A DNA stretch of 64,000 bases from Paragordius varius. Lineage: Eukaryota > Animalia > Nematomorpha. Position numbers and translations under genes: made by a program. The notes beneath the pieces were generated by a model, which was given only the letters and a program-made list of their open reading frames with translations, did not search any database and was not told the origin of the DNA. The first letter of the stretch is position 1. Each line of letters begins with the position of its first letter. This document shows positions 1 through 12,290 of the stretch, piece by piece. Location: assembly GCA_964247055.1 (NCBI GenBank), contig OZ176060.1, forward strand, positions 1,302,001 to 1,366,000, written 5' to 3'.

Positions 1-422
1 CGAATGATCAATCTAAAAATTATTACGAGTTTAGAAAACTCTATATATTAAATAAGATACGTGCCAGTGAGTTTAAAAAACTTCAATAAATGCATATTGT
101 ATTTATTGTTTATCTTTTTGTGCCTTATTTCATAAATTTTAGATGAAAATGATCAAAAAAGTTTCCATAAAATTCGAATTGGGTGGCAAAAAACTGTTAC
201 ATTCATAAGCAAAAGACTTGACTTAAGTGTTTTTTTTATCACCGATCATCAAGTGTACACTTGCTGGCTTAAGTAATCTTGCTCAACTTGCCACGCTTGG
301 CTTACAAGTCAAGTGCGACTTTTTTATCACCCGACCCACGGTTAAAACCCTAAAGATATTATAAAAAACTATTTCTATATAATTTAATGATGCTGAAAAG
401 TTCTATCGCTTCAGAATTTTAA

Positions 423-1477
423 CACTTGGAAACAACACACTCAGTTTAGTCCTTCTATACAAATTGGGGTATTGGCTACGCCAGGTCTGTTTACAAATAC
501 TTTAAAAAGTGTCAAAGAAATCACACCATGGCTAATTTTTCACTTACATAACATTATTAAACCGAAATAAATAAAAATATTTATTCACGCGTCAACGTAA
601 CATGTGTGGAATGGTATATTTATAAATAATGCAAAAAAACCGCTTTTTCTATTTCGTTTATTTGATTCAAATTGGGGTATCTAAATACCCCAGACTAAAT
701 TTGAGTTAAGATTTTTAAGAAAGGACTGAAAACGGTCCCAATTTAAATTTATGCATCTATCTAAATAAAAATTATATAAATATGCCAAAATATCTAAATA
801 AAATTTTGTTTTATAAAAAAAGTTCCAGGTCAAACTACTTCGCCGCCATTTTTTTTACAAAATTTTTGCAAAATATCGTCTCATTCGATTTTAAGAGTAA
901 AATTAAGGCTAACATTTTATTTAAATTACATATAACATTGTAAGAAATGGAAGTGGTTTCTTTTGCATAATTTTTTGATTTTACTTGCACACATGTCACG
1001 TTGACTAAATTTTCACCTTTCGGTTTTTGCTTAAAATAAGTAATATCAAGTATTTTTAAATAAATTTTTTTATATATTTTGGTTTAATGATGTTATATAA
1101 GTGCAAAATTTTGCCACGGTTTTGAACAAGCCTGGGGTATTTACTACCCCAATTCGAAACGTAGGACTAAAATGAATGTGTTGTATCTAAGTGTTAATGT
1201 TAAATGTAATTCAAATAAAATTAGCTCTAAATTTACCCTTAAAATTAAATAAAGGAATTTTTTTAAAAAATATTTAAAAATAAAAATGGCGTCGAAGTAG
1301 TTAGACGTGGCACTTTTTTTCAAATAAATTTTACTGAGATATTTTGGCATATTTATATAATTCATTTTAGGATAGAAGTTTAAATGTAAATTGTGACCGT
1401 TTCCTTCAGGAGTTTTCTAAAAATATTAATTTAAATTTAGTCTGAGGTATTTGGATACCCCAATTTAAATCGAGGTG
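423..1477 (+). mobile_element. piggyBac-like TTAA MITE, older copy interrupted by a nested copy
   Basis: TTAA|CACTTGGAAACAAC at 423 and CGAGGTG|TTAA ending 1477. The internal sequence breaks at about 660 and resumes at about 1198. Confidence 0.75.
661..1193 (-). mobile_element. piggyBac-like TTAA MITE nested in reverse orientation
   Basis: Begins TTTGATTCAAATTGGGGTATCTAAATACCCC (terminal bases eroded) and ends GTATCTAAGTG|TTAA (TTAA 1194-1197). Confidence 0.75.
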
Positions 1478-2671
1478 TTAATTTAAGGGTTTGTTCTTTT
1501 ATTTTTTGGTATTTTGTAAAAATAATTTGTATTTAAAATGAAATAAAACATAAATGAGAATTAAATATGAGATGTTAGAGATGTAATTTAAAAATTTTTT
1601 GCGCAATGCCGTTTTTATGTTTAAACAACTAGCCCATTTTAAAAGAGCGTAACAATTTGTTTGAAGCCACATATAAAAATTATAATTATTTTATCATTTT
1701 TTTTTTATATGTAATTGATAATATATTTAAATGATATTTTTTGTGATGCATTTAGCTTTAACCAAAACAAAATTCTTTAAAAATTATGTCCAAATGTCAC
1801 ATTTTGTGTCATATAGCACTGTTTTTTTAGTTTCATATCTCATAAAATATTTTTACTTTATAATTTAAATTTTAGTTTATATTTTAATTTTATTTTTACG
1901 TTTGACAAAGATTACTTGTAGTAATCGAAATATAATAAATTTATATAATTTTTGCTGAATAATTCCATATATAGTAATAGCACTTATTTAATTTGAGTCA
2001 CACTAAAATATATATATTTTCCAATCAGAACCTATTAGATTATTTTAATCGTGCACACTGTACATATTATTATAATATTTTAAAATTGAAGCATTTAGAT
2101 TTTACAAAAAAATTATTTATTATAATGTGTGCTATTTCCATTTTATGATATGGGGCATTTACCAAAAAATTTTAAATAACCTTTAACTCAAAAGACTTAA
2201 AAATAAAAGCACCACATATTTCTAATCATTTTCTATTAAAGTATATAAATCATATTAAGGTTTCCCCCCCCCGATTTGGCGCGCTATATATATATATATA
2301 TATATGGAAAAAGAACCCTTACCATATGGTTTAAAATACCCGGCTGCGACATTCGCGAAAATTAAATTGAAACATTATGCATTTTAGCTCGATATCTTAC
2401 GTTATACTTTGTTTTTTGTTAGATTGAAATCTGGCTAGAGGTCTACGTCTATATTGATATAATTAAAAATATTATTTACTGAAAATTAGAATTGTCAGTC
2501 GCAATTGTTGTATATCTCATATATTTGGTAACGTGTATTTTGTTGTGAGTATCCAAATTAACACTTCATTTCAAATTAGGGTATATAAATACCCCATACT
2601 GTATTTAAGTTGATATTTTTTAAAACTACCGTCCTTATTTAAATTTCTCTATCCTAATAAATTTTATTAAA

Positions 2672-3232
2672 AACTTGGATACAACACACTCATTTTAGTC
2701 CTTCGATTCAAATTGGGGTAGTTGGATACCCCAGGCCTGTTTAAAATCGAATACTTTAAAAAGTATGCAAGGCATCGAAACCATGGCAAAATTTTGCACT
2801 TATATAATATTAATAAACCGATATAAATAAAAAATTTATTTAAAAATACGATATTACTTATTTTAAGCTAAAACCAAAGGGTAAAAATTTCGTCAACCTA
2901 ACATGTGTAAAATGGTAAAATTCAAAATACTAAATAAACCGCTTTTTCTATTTTTATCAATGTTAGATGTAATTTATATTCAAAATTAGCTTTAGTTTTA
3001 CCATTAAAAAAAATGAAGATGATATTTTGCAAAAATTTAGTAAAATAAAAATGGCGTCGAAGTAGTAGATGAAATTTTTTTCAAAACAAAATTTTATCAC
3101 GATATATTGGCATATTTATACAATTTTTATCAGAATAGAAGCATAAATTTAAATTAAGACCGTTTTCTTTAGTAGTTTTTTAAAAATTAATTTAGTCTGG
3201 GGTATTTAGATACCCCAATTTGAATCGAAGTG
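2672..3232 (+). mobile_element. piggyBac-like TTAA MITE (nested)
   Basis: AACTTGGATACAACACAC...GAATCGAAGTG|TTAA; about 560 bp. Confidence 0.8.
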
Positions 3233-3333
3233 TTAATATGACGAAATTAAAGTTTTGTAAAAACGTTCCATATCAAACTACCTCGACGCCATTTTTCTTT
3301 TAATACATTTTGGCAAAAATCGTGTTTACTTAA

Positions 3334-3895
3334 CACTTGGATACAACACATTCATTTTAGTCCTTCGATTCAAATTGGGGTAGTTAAATACCCCAGGCCT
3401 GTTTAAAATTAAATTCTTTAAAAAAACCATGGCAAAATATTGCACTTATATAACATTAATAAACCTAAATATATAAAAAATTTTATTCGAAAATACTTGA
3501 TATTACTTATTTTAAGCTAAAACCGAAAGATAAAAATTTAGTCAACGTGACATGTGTGCAATGGTAAAATTGAAAAAAAATATAAAATGACAGCTTTTTC
3601 TTTTTCTATCAATGTTAAATGTAATTTATAAAAAAATTAGCTTTAATTTTACCCTCAAAATTAAATGAAGACGATATTTTGCAAAAATTTTGTAAAATAA
3701 AAATGGCGTCGAAGTAGTTTGACATGAAACTTTTTTTTTCAAAACAAAATTTTATTTAGATATTTTGGCATAATTAAATGATTTTTATTAGGATAGAAGC
3801 ATAAATTTAAATTGGGACCGTTTCCTTCAGTTGTTTTTTGATATTAATTTAAATTTAGTCTGGGGTATTTAGATACCCCAATTTGAATCGAAGTG
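3334..3895 (+). mobile_element. piggyBac-like TTAA MITE (nested)
   Basis: CTAA|CACTTGGATACAAC...GAATCGAAGTG|TTAA; 562 bp. Confidence 0.8.
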
Positions 3896-4312
3896 TTAAT
3901 TGCCAAAATTACAGCTAATTTTTTATTATCACATCTAACATACAGAAAAAGTAATTTTTTTGTATTATTTTATTTAGCTAATGCAATATTGTCATGTTGA
4001 CTAAATTTTGCCCTTTTTACCTTAAATTAAGTGATATCAAAAATGAATTTTTTTATATTTCGGTTCATTAATATATAAGTGCTAACTTTTGCCATGGTTT
4101 CGATTCCTTTCATATTAAAGTAGTTAATTTCAAACAGGCGTGGGGTGTCTAACTATCTCAATTTAAATATAAGGACTGAAATGAATCTATTGCATCCAAG
4201 TGCTAATATTTTAAGAGTTTTAATTTTTAAAAATTATATTTTAAAAAAGTTTACAAAAAAATATAACATCGCGTTTCCATGCATTTTCAAACCGTTTAAT
4301 ACATTTGTTTAA

Positions 4313-4873
4313 CACTTGGATACAACACAGTCATTTTAGTCCTTCGATTCAAATTGGGGTAGTTGGATACCCCAGGCCTGTTTAAAATCAAATACTTTAA
4401 AAAGTATGGAAGCAATCCAAATTATGGCAAAATTTTTCACTTATATAACATTAATAAACCTAAATATATAAAAAATTTTATTCAATATTTGATATTACAT
4501 ATTTTAAGCTAAAACCGAAAGGTTAAAATTTCGACAACGTGACATGTTTCAAATGGTAAAATTAAAAAACAATACAAAATAAACCGCCTTTTCTATCTCT
4601 ATCATTGTTAGATGTAATTTATATTAAAAATTAGCTTTAGTTTTATCCTTAAAATTAAATGAAGACGATATTTTGCAAAAATAAATGGCGTCGAAGTAGA
4701 TTGAGATGGAACTTTATTTCAAAACAAAATTTTATCAAGATATTTTGGCATATTTATATAATTTATATTAGGATAGAAGCATAAAATTGGGACCGTTTCC
4801 TTAAGTAGTTTTTTAAAAATCCTAACTTAAATTTAGTTTAGGGTATTTAGATACTCCAATTTGAATCGAAGTG
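4313..4873 (+). mobile_element. piggyBac-like TTAA MITE, intact, just upstream of ARL1
   Basis: TTAA (4309-4312) CACTTGGATAC...TTGAATCGAAGTG TTAA (4874-4877); 561 bp. Confidence 0.85.
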
Positions 4874-5059
4874 TTAATCATAATAAGTAGTTTATAGTAT
4901 ATTCCGTTTTATTATCAAAACTATTTTTTAAATAAAAGTTATAATTATACTATACTCGGATCTAATATAACACAATACATAAATCATGTGAATCGGACAA
5001 TTGACCGTATTACTCATACGTTTTATAGCGTGTGTGTGTGTTTGAGTTTTCAAAACGAA

Positions 5060-5602
5060 ATGGGTAGTTTTATGAGTATATTCCGTCGTTTGTTTGGGAC
5101 ACGTGAAATGCGTATTCTTATTTTGGGGCTCGATGGAGCTGGAAAAACTACAATTTTATATAAATTGCAAGTCGGTGAAGTGGTTACCACAATTCCAACC
5201 ATCGGTTTTAATGTCGAACAGGTGGTGTACAAAAATATTCGATTCCAGGTATGGGATTTGGGTGGTCAAACTAGTATTCGTCCATATTGGAGATGTTATT
5301 ATGCCAATACAGATGCCATAATTTATGTGGTGGATAGTGCAGATCGTGATCGTATGGGAATTTCAAAGCAAGAACTCTCGAGTATGCTTGAAGAGGACGA
5401 ACTTAAAAACGCACTTTTGTTGGTTCTGGCCAATAAACAGGATATCGAAGGTGCCCTCAAGCTAAGTCAAGTCGCAGAGGCTTTGGGCCTTAGTAATCTC
5501 AGAAACCGAACATATCAAATTTGTAAAACATCTGCTATAAAGGGTGAAGGTTTGACTGAAGCCATGGATTGGCTTGTGAACGCACTCCAAAATGTTAAAT
5601 AA
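5060..5602 (+). CDS. ARL1: ADP-ribosylation factor-like protein 1 (Arf-family small GTPase), 180 aa, single exon; true start is the ATG at 5060, not the GTG at 4988
   Basis: [31 protein letters not shown]...[17 protein letters not shown]...NKQD...TSA. Gly2 myristoylation site, P-loop, ARL1-type [14 protein letters not shown] switch II. TAA stop at 5600-5602. Confidence 0.97.
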   Translation: MGSFMSIFRRLFGTREMRILILGLDGAGKTTILYKLQVGEVVTTIPTIGFNVEQVVYKNIRFQVWDLGGQTSIRPYWRCYYANTDAIIYVVDSADRDRMGISKQELSSMLEEDELKNALLLVLANKQDIEGALKLSQVAEALGLSNLRNRTYQICKTSAIKGEGLTEAMDWLVNALQNVK

Positions 5603-5829
5603 TTTTTTTTTTATCCCCCCAAACGATTAAAAAGTTGTTGGGTCTTGTCACGTATTTTATTCAAAATGGAAAAACGGTTTTGTATAATATAAATGAATAT
5701 TTATATTTAAATATTATTTACAATGTATAAATAAATATTTGAAAGAATTAAAGATGATATTAATGGTCAATTTTGTTTAATGCGAAAAATTTTTAGGTTT
5801 TCTAAAAATGGAAGTTTTAATTCACATTA

Positions 5830-7097
5830 CAGTAAAAATTGCAACTATATTCGGACAAAACGTGATAATATAAAGGCAACCTATACTTTTTAATCTTGAT
5901 TTTATTTAATATAAGTCATTGTTTTTAATTATAAGGTATAATAAAGAAATGTAAATTGGTAACACAATCAATTAAGTATTTTACCATTGTGTAAATTAAT
6001 GTTTTTTATAGGAAAATAAATTTAGGTTTAAAAAAGTATGGGGTTGTCATTTGACAAAAAATTTTGTCTTTATATTTTTACATTTTGTCCACCGTATAAT
6101 TTCAATTTTTACTGTAAAAATAATTACGATTTTGACATTAGCTATATACAGTATGCCTTTTAATGGTTTTTATTTCTACTTAAGCAATTTGCCATATAAC
6201 AACAGTAGTGTATGGAAAAAACAACAAAATGTTGAATAAACTCTTGTTTCCTTTCTTCTTTTCCATACACTACTGTTGTGTTGCAAATTGTCCTACTATA
6301 TAGTTTGAAATAAAAACCATTAAAATTACATTACATTCTCTACTATTATTGGTCATTTGAGTACTTTAATTGTTTAACAGAACTAATTTACAGTAAAAAT
6401 TGAAAGTATACAGAAGGACAAAACGTAAAAATAAAAAGACAAATATTTTTTTCAAAAAGACAACAACCTCATACGTTTTAAAACCTCAATTTTACCTATA
6501 GAAGAAGCTATTTAGTTACAATTGTAAATTATATAAGACTTGAATGTATTAATAATATATATCTTTATTACACACTTTGTCATTTTAAACAATGAGATAT
6601 ATTTACATAAATTAATGTTTAAAAAATATGGGTGTCTTTTAGAACAAAATACGGTTGTTTTTATATTTTAACGTTTTGTCGTATAATTTCAGTTTCTGTA
6701 TATATGTATTGCTATTGATGAGATTTTTTATTTATTTAGTTAATAATATACAGAATTATTTTAAAGCAACTGTATCCATTTTTAACCACAATTTACATTA
6801 CAGGAACTGAAATTATACTATGGACAAAACGTGAAAATATAAAGACATATATTTTTTTCTTAAAGACAACCAACATACTTTTTAAATCTTGATCTATATC
6901 AATATAACTCATTGTTTTAAAGGGCAAAGCGTGAAATAGAGATATATATTACTAACACAATCAATTACATTACTAGTGCAACAAAATGGCTTACACGAGA
7001 AGGTTCTAAAAAGTATGGTGGGGTTGTCTTTTAGATAAAATTATGGTTGTCTTTATATTTTTACCTTTTGTCCATAGTATAATTTCAGTTTTTACTG
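5830..7097. mobile_element. Three Tc1/mariner-like MITEs of about 290-310 bp (5830-6114, 6391-6698, 6801-7097)
   Basis: TA|CAGTAAAAAYTGAAATTATAC...GTATAATTTCARTTTTTACTG|TA long imperfect TIRs with TA flanks. TA+CAGT termini are typical of Tc1/mariner. Confidence 0.65.
6144..6303. mobile_element. Short palindromic MITE family; relatives at about 9520-9655, 17130-17320 and 59408-59557
   Basis: Inverted arms CAATTTGC...CAGTAGTGTATGGAAAA / TTTTCCATACACTACTG...GCAAATTG around a shared AAACAACAAAATGTTGAA core. Confidence 0.5.
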
Positions 7098-7141
7098 TAA
7101 AACTAGAATAAATTTGGTACAATTTTAAGCATATTCTACAG

Positions 7142-9403
7142 CAGTGATACTTAAGAGCGCTTTAAAATTGCCCTATGACCATATTGATACTTTAATTCTT
7201 TTTTTTTTATTGATGAATTTTTAAAATATACATAATCGGATTTTCGATTATTTCAATATTAATTTATTTTATTTAGATTTAATTTTAATAATTCCATTTT
7301 TACCCAATTTGAAATGTTGTATAAAGATTTCCCTACATTAAGATGATTTTTAAAATTTTGGCACACATTGTTTTTGTTTCTGCATTCTATTTTCTTTTCT
7401 ATTTTTGTAGCATTCTTTTTTTGTATTTAAGCAAGCTTTTCACCCAAACTTGCATATACATTTTTTCATAGCTATCCTGCATCATTTTTTATAACTCATT
7501 CCTATAAAATATTTTTCAAAACAACATCATTTAATTTCGACCTATTTATAGCATAATGCATATTGTATTCCTTTTTTAAAAAAAATACCATACTATTTTA
7601 ACACAAATTCAAAGGATGACATCTAATTTAATTAAGGTTTTGCTTATGAATTAAGCAGTGAAAGGATAAAATATTTTGCAAATATTTGTTTTTCGAAAGA
7701 GGAATAAATCCTTTGTTTATTCCAATCATAGAGGGACAGCCATCTGTGCAGATCAAAACCAATTTTTTTATAGATATATTATTTTTATAGAAAAAAGTGC
7801 TTCGTATGAAATTTGCTATATTTTTAGGAAAAAATATGAAACCGTTTACTGGATGCCAACTGATAAAAGAATATCTAATAAATGGTTGCTTTTTTTATTT
7901 GATAAATTCCATAGTATGGATCAGATCATGAGGCAAATTAAAAAACTTCAACTTTCTGATTCAACATGTACTCGACGCATTGCGGATATGTCTAAATATA
8001 TATTTAACAATACATTATTGGCTCTGAAAAACTGCAAATATTTTAGTATTGCTATTGATTGTAGCACTGATATTAGTTCAGCTCCTCAGTGTGCGCTCTT
8101 CGTGAAATTTTGCAACGACAACATAAACAATGAGGAAAATTTTAAAAAAACTCCAATAAATAATACGACGAAATTGATTTTCTTGAAATAATTAGCACTT
8201 TTTTCTATAAAAATGATATATCTATAAAAAAATTGGTTTTGATCTGCACAGATGGCTGTCCCTCTATGATTGGAATGAATAAACAAAGGATTTATTCCTC
8301 TTTCGAAAAACAAATATTTGCAGCATATTTTATCCTTTCACTGCTTAATTCATAAGCAAAACCTGGTTTCGCGTGTAAAAGATGAATACTCAATTCAGTA
8401 ATTAAAACGGTTGTGGATATAGTAAACCACAGGGGCAGAGAATTTAAGCCAAAATCAAAAACCTTCTGAAAGATATCCACAGTGAGTTTGATGATATTCT
8501 TTTGTATACCGGTCTAAGATGGTTAAGCCTTAGCTAAATAGATTTTTTAAGACATGAAATATTATTTATAAATGATAACAGAAAGTTTGATGAGGAAATT
8601 AAAAGTGACAAACTTAGTATCTTAAATACACTTCGGGAGCAAAATAATAACCAAATATAATCAAATATTTTCTGAAGAAAAATCAATAATATATAAACAA
8701 TATTTTATAAATAAAACACTCCTATATTTTCCAACACTTAAAACAATTCATTAAGAGAATATAAAATTTACCGCGGAGATTAAGTTAATAATAGACAACT
8801 ATTTAACATTTTTTATCAAATGAAATGAAGTTCAGATTTCAAGAATAAGAAATATTAAAAATTGCTTAAAACTCGTTGAAATCCATGACATATGAATATA
8901 TCCAATATTAAATTTGAGCATTTCGGTTTTGAGGCGCATATCATTGGAGAATTCGTAGATTTTAATTTGGAGGCCATATTCAAGGAGAATCGTAGAGAAG
9001 AAAGATATGTAGAGTTTTTGCAAGATGTGCCAAATAAATATGAAAATATAAAAAATGTGCTCAAGATATCCTACCTAACTGTTTTTCCCCTAACTTACAC
9101 GTTTGAGACGGCATATCAAGAATACATACAGAAATTATGGATGACGTATTAAGATTGGCATGTCATTAGGCGAAACCAAATTTGTTTTAAAAATTATTGG
9201 TTAATATCAAAAATAATGTTGTTATCAAAATATTTTTTTAAACTAAATGGTGTGCAAAACAAATTTTTATTGTTGATATTAAGTATATAAAATGTGCATA
9301 ATTGTCATATAGCTATGGGATAATTGCCATTATAAGGTTCATGGCCCTTGAAAAAAAAATATATTTTATTTGGCCCGTCAAATTTTTTTGGTGAGTACCA
9401 CTG
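7142..9403 (+). mobile_element. hAT Buster/SPIN-like DNA transposon with a decayed transposase
   Basis: TIRs CAGTGATACTTA and (revcomp) CAGTGGTACTCA. 8-bp TSD TTCTACAG at 7134-7141 and 9406-9413 (extra TG between), with central TA as in Buster-type nnnTAnnn sites. Confidence 0.8.
7860..9185 (+). pseudogene. hAT (Buster/SPIN/GTF2IRD2-like) transposase remnant with frameshifts and stops
   Basis: Fragments LSDSTCTRRIADMS, FSIAIDCSTDISSAPQCALFVKF, ICTDGCPSMIG, DIHSEFDDILLYTGLRWLS (RW motif), FPLTYTFET (dimerisation region). Confidence 0.8.
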
Positions 9404-10029
9404 TGTTCTACAGTAACGACTGATATTAAAACTAAAGGGTAAATTTTGAAAATAAATTCAAAGTTTATTAAACAACATCCATACACCTCCTATATTATTA
9501 TTCAATTCTGACATGAATACACAGTAGGGTATGAGAAAAAACAACAAAATGTTGAAAATAAACAAACCTTTTTACCTATCCTACCACATTAATTTGTACA
9601 TTTTGTTTTATTTTTCCATACCCTACTGTGTTTTACCAATTAACACCAACTATAGTGGTGAATGAGCCAGGAATATACTGTTTTAAGCGTGTTACCAATT
9701 TACAATAAAAACAAAATTCAAAATGTAAAAATATAAATACAAATTGTTTTTCCAAAAAACAACCAACCATACATTTTTAAACCGTAATTTTTTATTATAA
9801 AATACAATCGTAAAATATATAATTTATTGTGTTTTATCAATTTACGTTTCTATTTTATGCTTTGTATAGTTTAAAACATCGAGAGTTATATAAAAAAAAT
9901 CAAAATTAAAAAATGGATTATCTTTTTGAATAAATATTTGTCTTTATATTAATGTACACATTCCTTAGTCTGCAAAGTACAACAAAGAGTTATATTTGAG
10001 AAAAATCAAGGTTTAAATATATATATATG

Positions 10030-10300
10030 CAGTAAAAACTGAAATTCTACAGACAAAACATAAAATGAAGTCAAATATTTTTTTTAAAAGACAACCCCAT
10101 ACTTTTTTAAATCTAGATTTATATCAATAAATAACTCAATGTTTAAAATGGTAAAGTGTGAAAGAGAGATATATATATAGAACTAAAACAATCAATTTTA
10201 TATTACGATTGTAACTAAGTAGCTTATTTGAAGGACATCAAGGTATAAAAAGTTTGGTTCTGTCTTTTAGAAAATATTTGTCTTTATATTTTTACTTTCG
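10030..10300. mobile_element. Tc1/mariner-like CAGTAAAAA MITE, right end truncated; further partial copies at about 9700-9960, 12907-13160 and 17369-17400
   Basis: Same left TIR and internal blocks as 5830-6114. Confidence 0.55.
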
Positions 10301-11030
10301 GTTTAATATGCTATTTGGCAATAATTAATAATTTAATAAAATGTGTACTTAGTCATATTTATAATTGGCTAAATTTAAACTATTTTTTAGAACTCATTAA
10401 AATTAATTCATAAAATATCATAGTAAATATTTGGTATATGATTGATTTATTTATTACTAATATAGCTAACAACAGAATTTTTCATATATTATACAGATCG
10501 AAATTTTGTGTGAACACTAATTATAACATATATGCGTGCAATATATTACAAAAAACATAATTTATAATAAAATTTTAAATAAATTAAACAGCGATGATAT
10601 TATCGGTTATTAAGGAAGTTTAAATTGTTAACAAGAAAAGTTTCTTGAGTTAAGGCATATGTACAATTTATTTTAATATTACTGACAATAGACATTCAAA
10701 TTTTCCCTATTAACCATTTAAACTGTCCTTATAACCAATAATAAAGCTAATTACTATGCTATGAAATATCACATTTGAATATATTATGAAGAAGCATGAA
10801 ATATATTTTAAACAAATGCGTTTTCTAAATTTCTAAATTCTCCTTTTAAGAAAAAATACCCCGTTTAAACAATTTCTAATGTTTTTCAAGTTTTCAAAAA
10901 TCTGAGGCTTGTGGAAATTTGAGTTTTTTAAACATTTTTTTTCAACATTATTTATGCCAAATTCTAATTCTAAAATTACAAAGTATATTTAAAGTAGTTT
11001 TCTAAAGTAAGCATGAAAAAACTATAAAAT

Positions 11031-12290
11031 CTAATAAACAGGAGGTATATAAGGGCGACGAGTAGTAATTGGTGGTCTTCGAGTAGTACGTCGAGTAGGT
11101 CGCCTTGTCCGACGAGTAGGAGGTCGGGTAGGACGAGTACGCCTCGTTATAGGTGGCGGATTACATTCACACAGCGGGCAACCGAACTCATCCAAAACGT
11201 TTCCATATTCACAGAATATAAGGCAAACTGGTCCACACGTTGGTCTATAAACTAAACGAATGAGTAAAAAACAGTAAGAATCGAAAAATGTAAAGAATTT
11301 CCGAAATTTAATAAGGTTTTTTTATAATCTAAACGAATGAGTAAAAAATGCAAAGAAAATGTAAACTACAGAATCGAAAAATGTAAAGAATTTCCGAAAT
11401 TTAATAAGGTTTTTTTATAAACTAAACACGCGAAAGAAAAAGTACACTAAAGAATTGAAAAATGTAAAGAAATTATTGAAGTCGTAATTTTTGAAAAAAG
11501 TATTAAATAAAATCCGGTGATGAAATAAAATATTTTCTAAGATAATGACATTAATATTACCCTGATTTTTATGCCATTAATATATTAATGGGAAATGGTT
11601 TAAGTAGTTTTCAGTCGATTAGAGTTTAATACTTCAACGCTTTTGAGAAAAAAGAATGATGTAAAAATGTTAAATATTTAAAAGCTTAGCAGGCCATATA
11701 TTTGATAAAATAAATTAAGCAGAAAACTATTTAAAAAAAACAAAAAAGGAGTATTTTTAACGGATAACCGAAATTTTATCATTGTGCAGACGATATGTAC
11801 ACGCAATTACTATTAATAAAATATATTTTATTTATAATTTGGGCAAAAATATATTGATAAAAAAAATTATATTAATTTATATTTAAGTTTGACAAAGATG
11901 ACTTGTAGTGTAATCGAAAATTCACTTTAATAAATCCATATAATTATTGCTGAATTATAATAAATCCCATTACAAATTTTATAAAAATTAAGATTAGAGA
12001 TGGAAATTTTTATAAAAAGTAACGAATAGAGATAAAAATTATTAAATACACTCAATCATATTATTTTAAATTGTAATATGGGTATGCAAGAAATATCAAG
12101 TTTTTAAAATAATTTTGCGTTAATTAATTTGTATCTTTTGTTTGTTTGTTTACAATTAATTTTATCTAAAATTTAAACTAAATTATAATTTTTTAAAGTC
12201 ATCAAAGTTAATTTATATATCTAAACTTGTTCGGGCCGTTATAGAATTGGCAGCAAGAACCAGGAAAAAAATAATCAAGATATTCCGCAT
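11031..12290 (-). CDS. Small secreted protein, 94 aa: signal peptide + antistasin-like 6-Cys module + Arg/Pro/Thr-rich tail. Exons 12290-12227 and 11251-11031
   Basis: Exon 1 MRNILIIFFLVLAANSITART ends in phase 1 before GTTTAG. Acceptor TTTTTTACTCATTCGTTTAG rejoins in frame to (I)YRPTCGPVCLIFCEYGNVLDEFGCPLCECNPPPITRRTRPTRPPTRRTRRPTRRTTRRPPITTRRPYIPPVY*. Both exons are GC-richer islands in AT-rich DNA. Confidence 0.8.

Larger units (their letters stand above)
2562..4202 (-). mobile_element. piggyBac-like TTAA MITE, old host copy carrying two nested copies
   Basis: TTAA|CACTTCATTTCAAATT at 2562 and CATCCAAGTG|CTAA at 4202. Segments 2562-2667, 3237-3330 and 3900-4202 are collinear with the family consensus. 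Confidence 0.7.

Noticed and set aside
181-332. Possible small element with GGGTGGCAAAAAA / TTTTTTATCACCC ends
   Set aside because: Short imperfect match, single copy in the window, no clear TSD.
4988-5059. 24-aa N-terminal extension of ARL1 in the ORF track
   Set aside because: It starts at GTG and would bury the Gly2 myristoylation site; the ATG at 5060 gives the canonical length.
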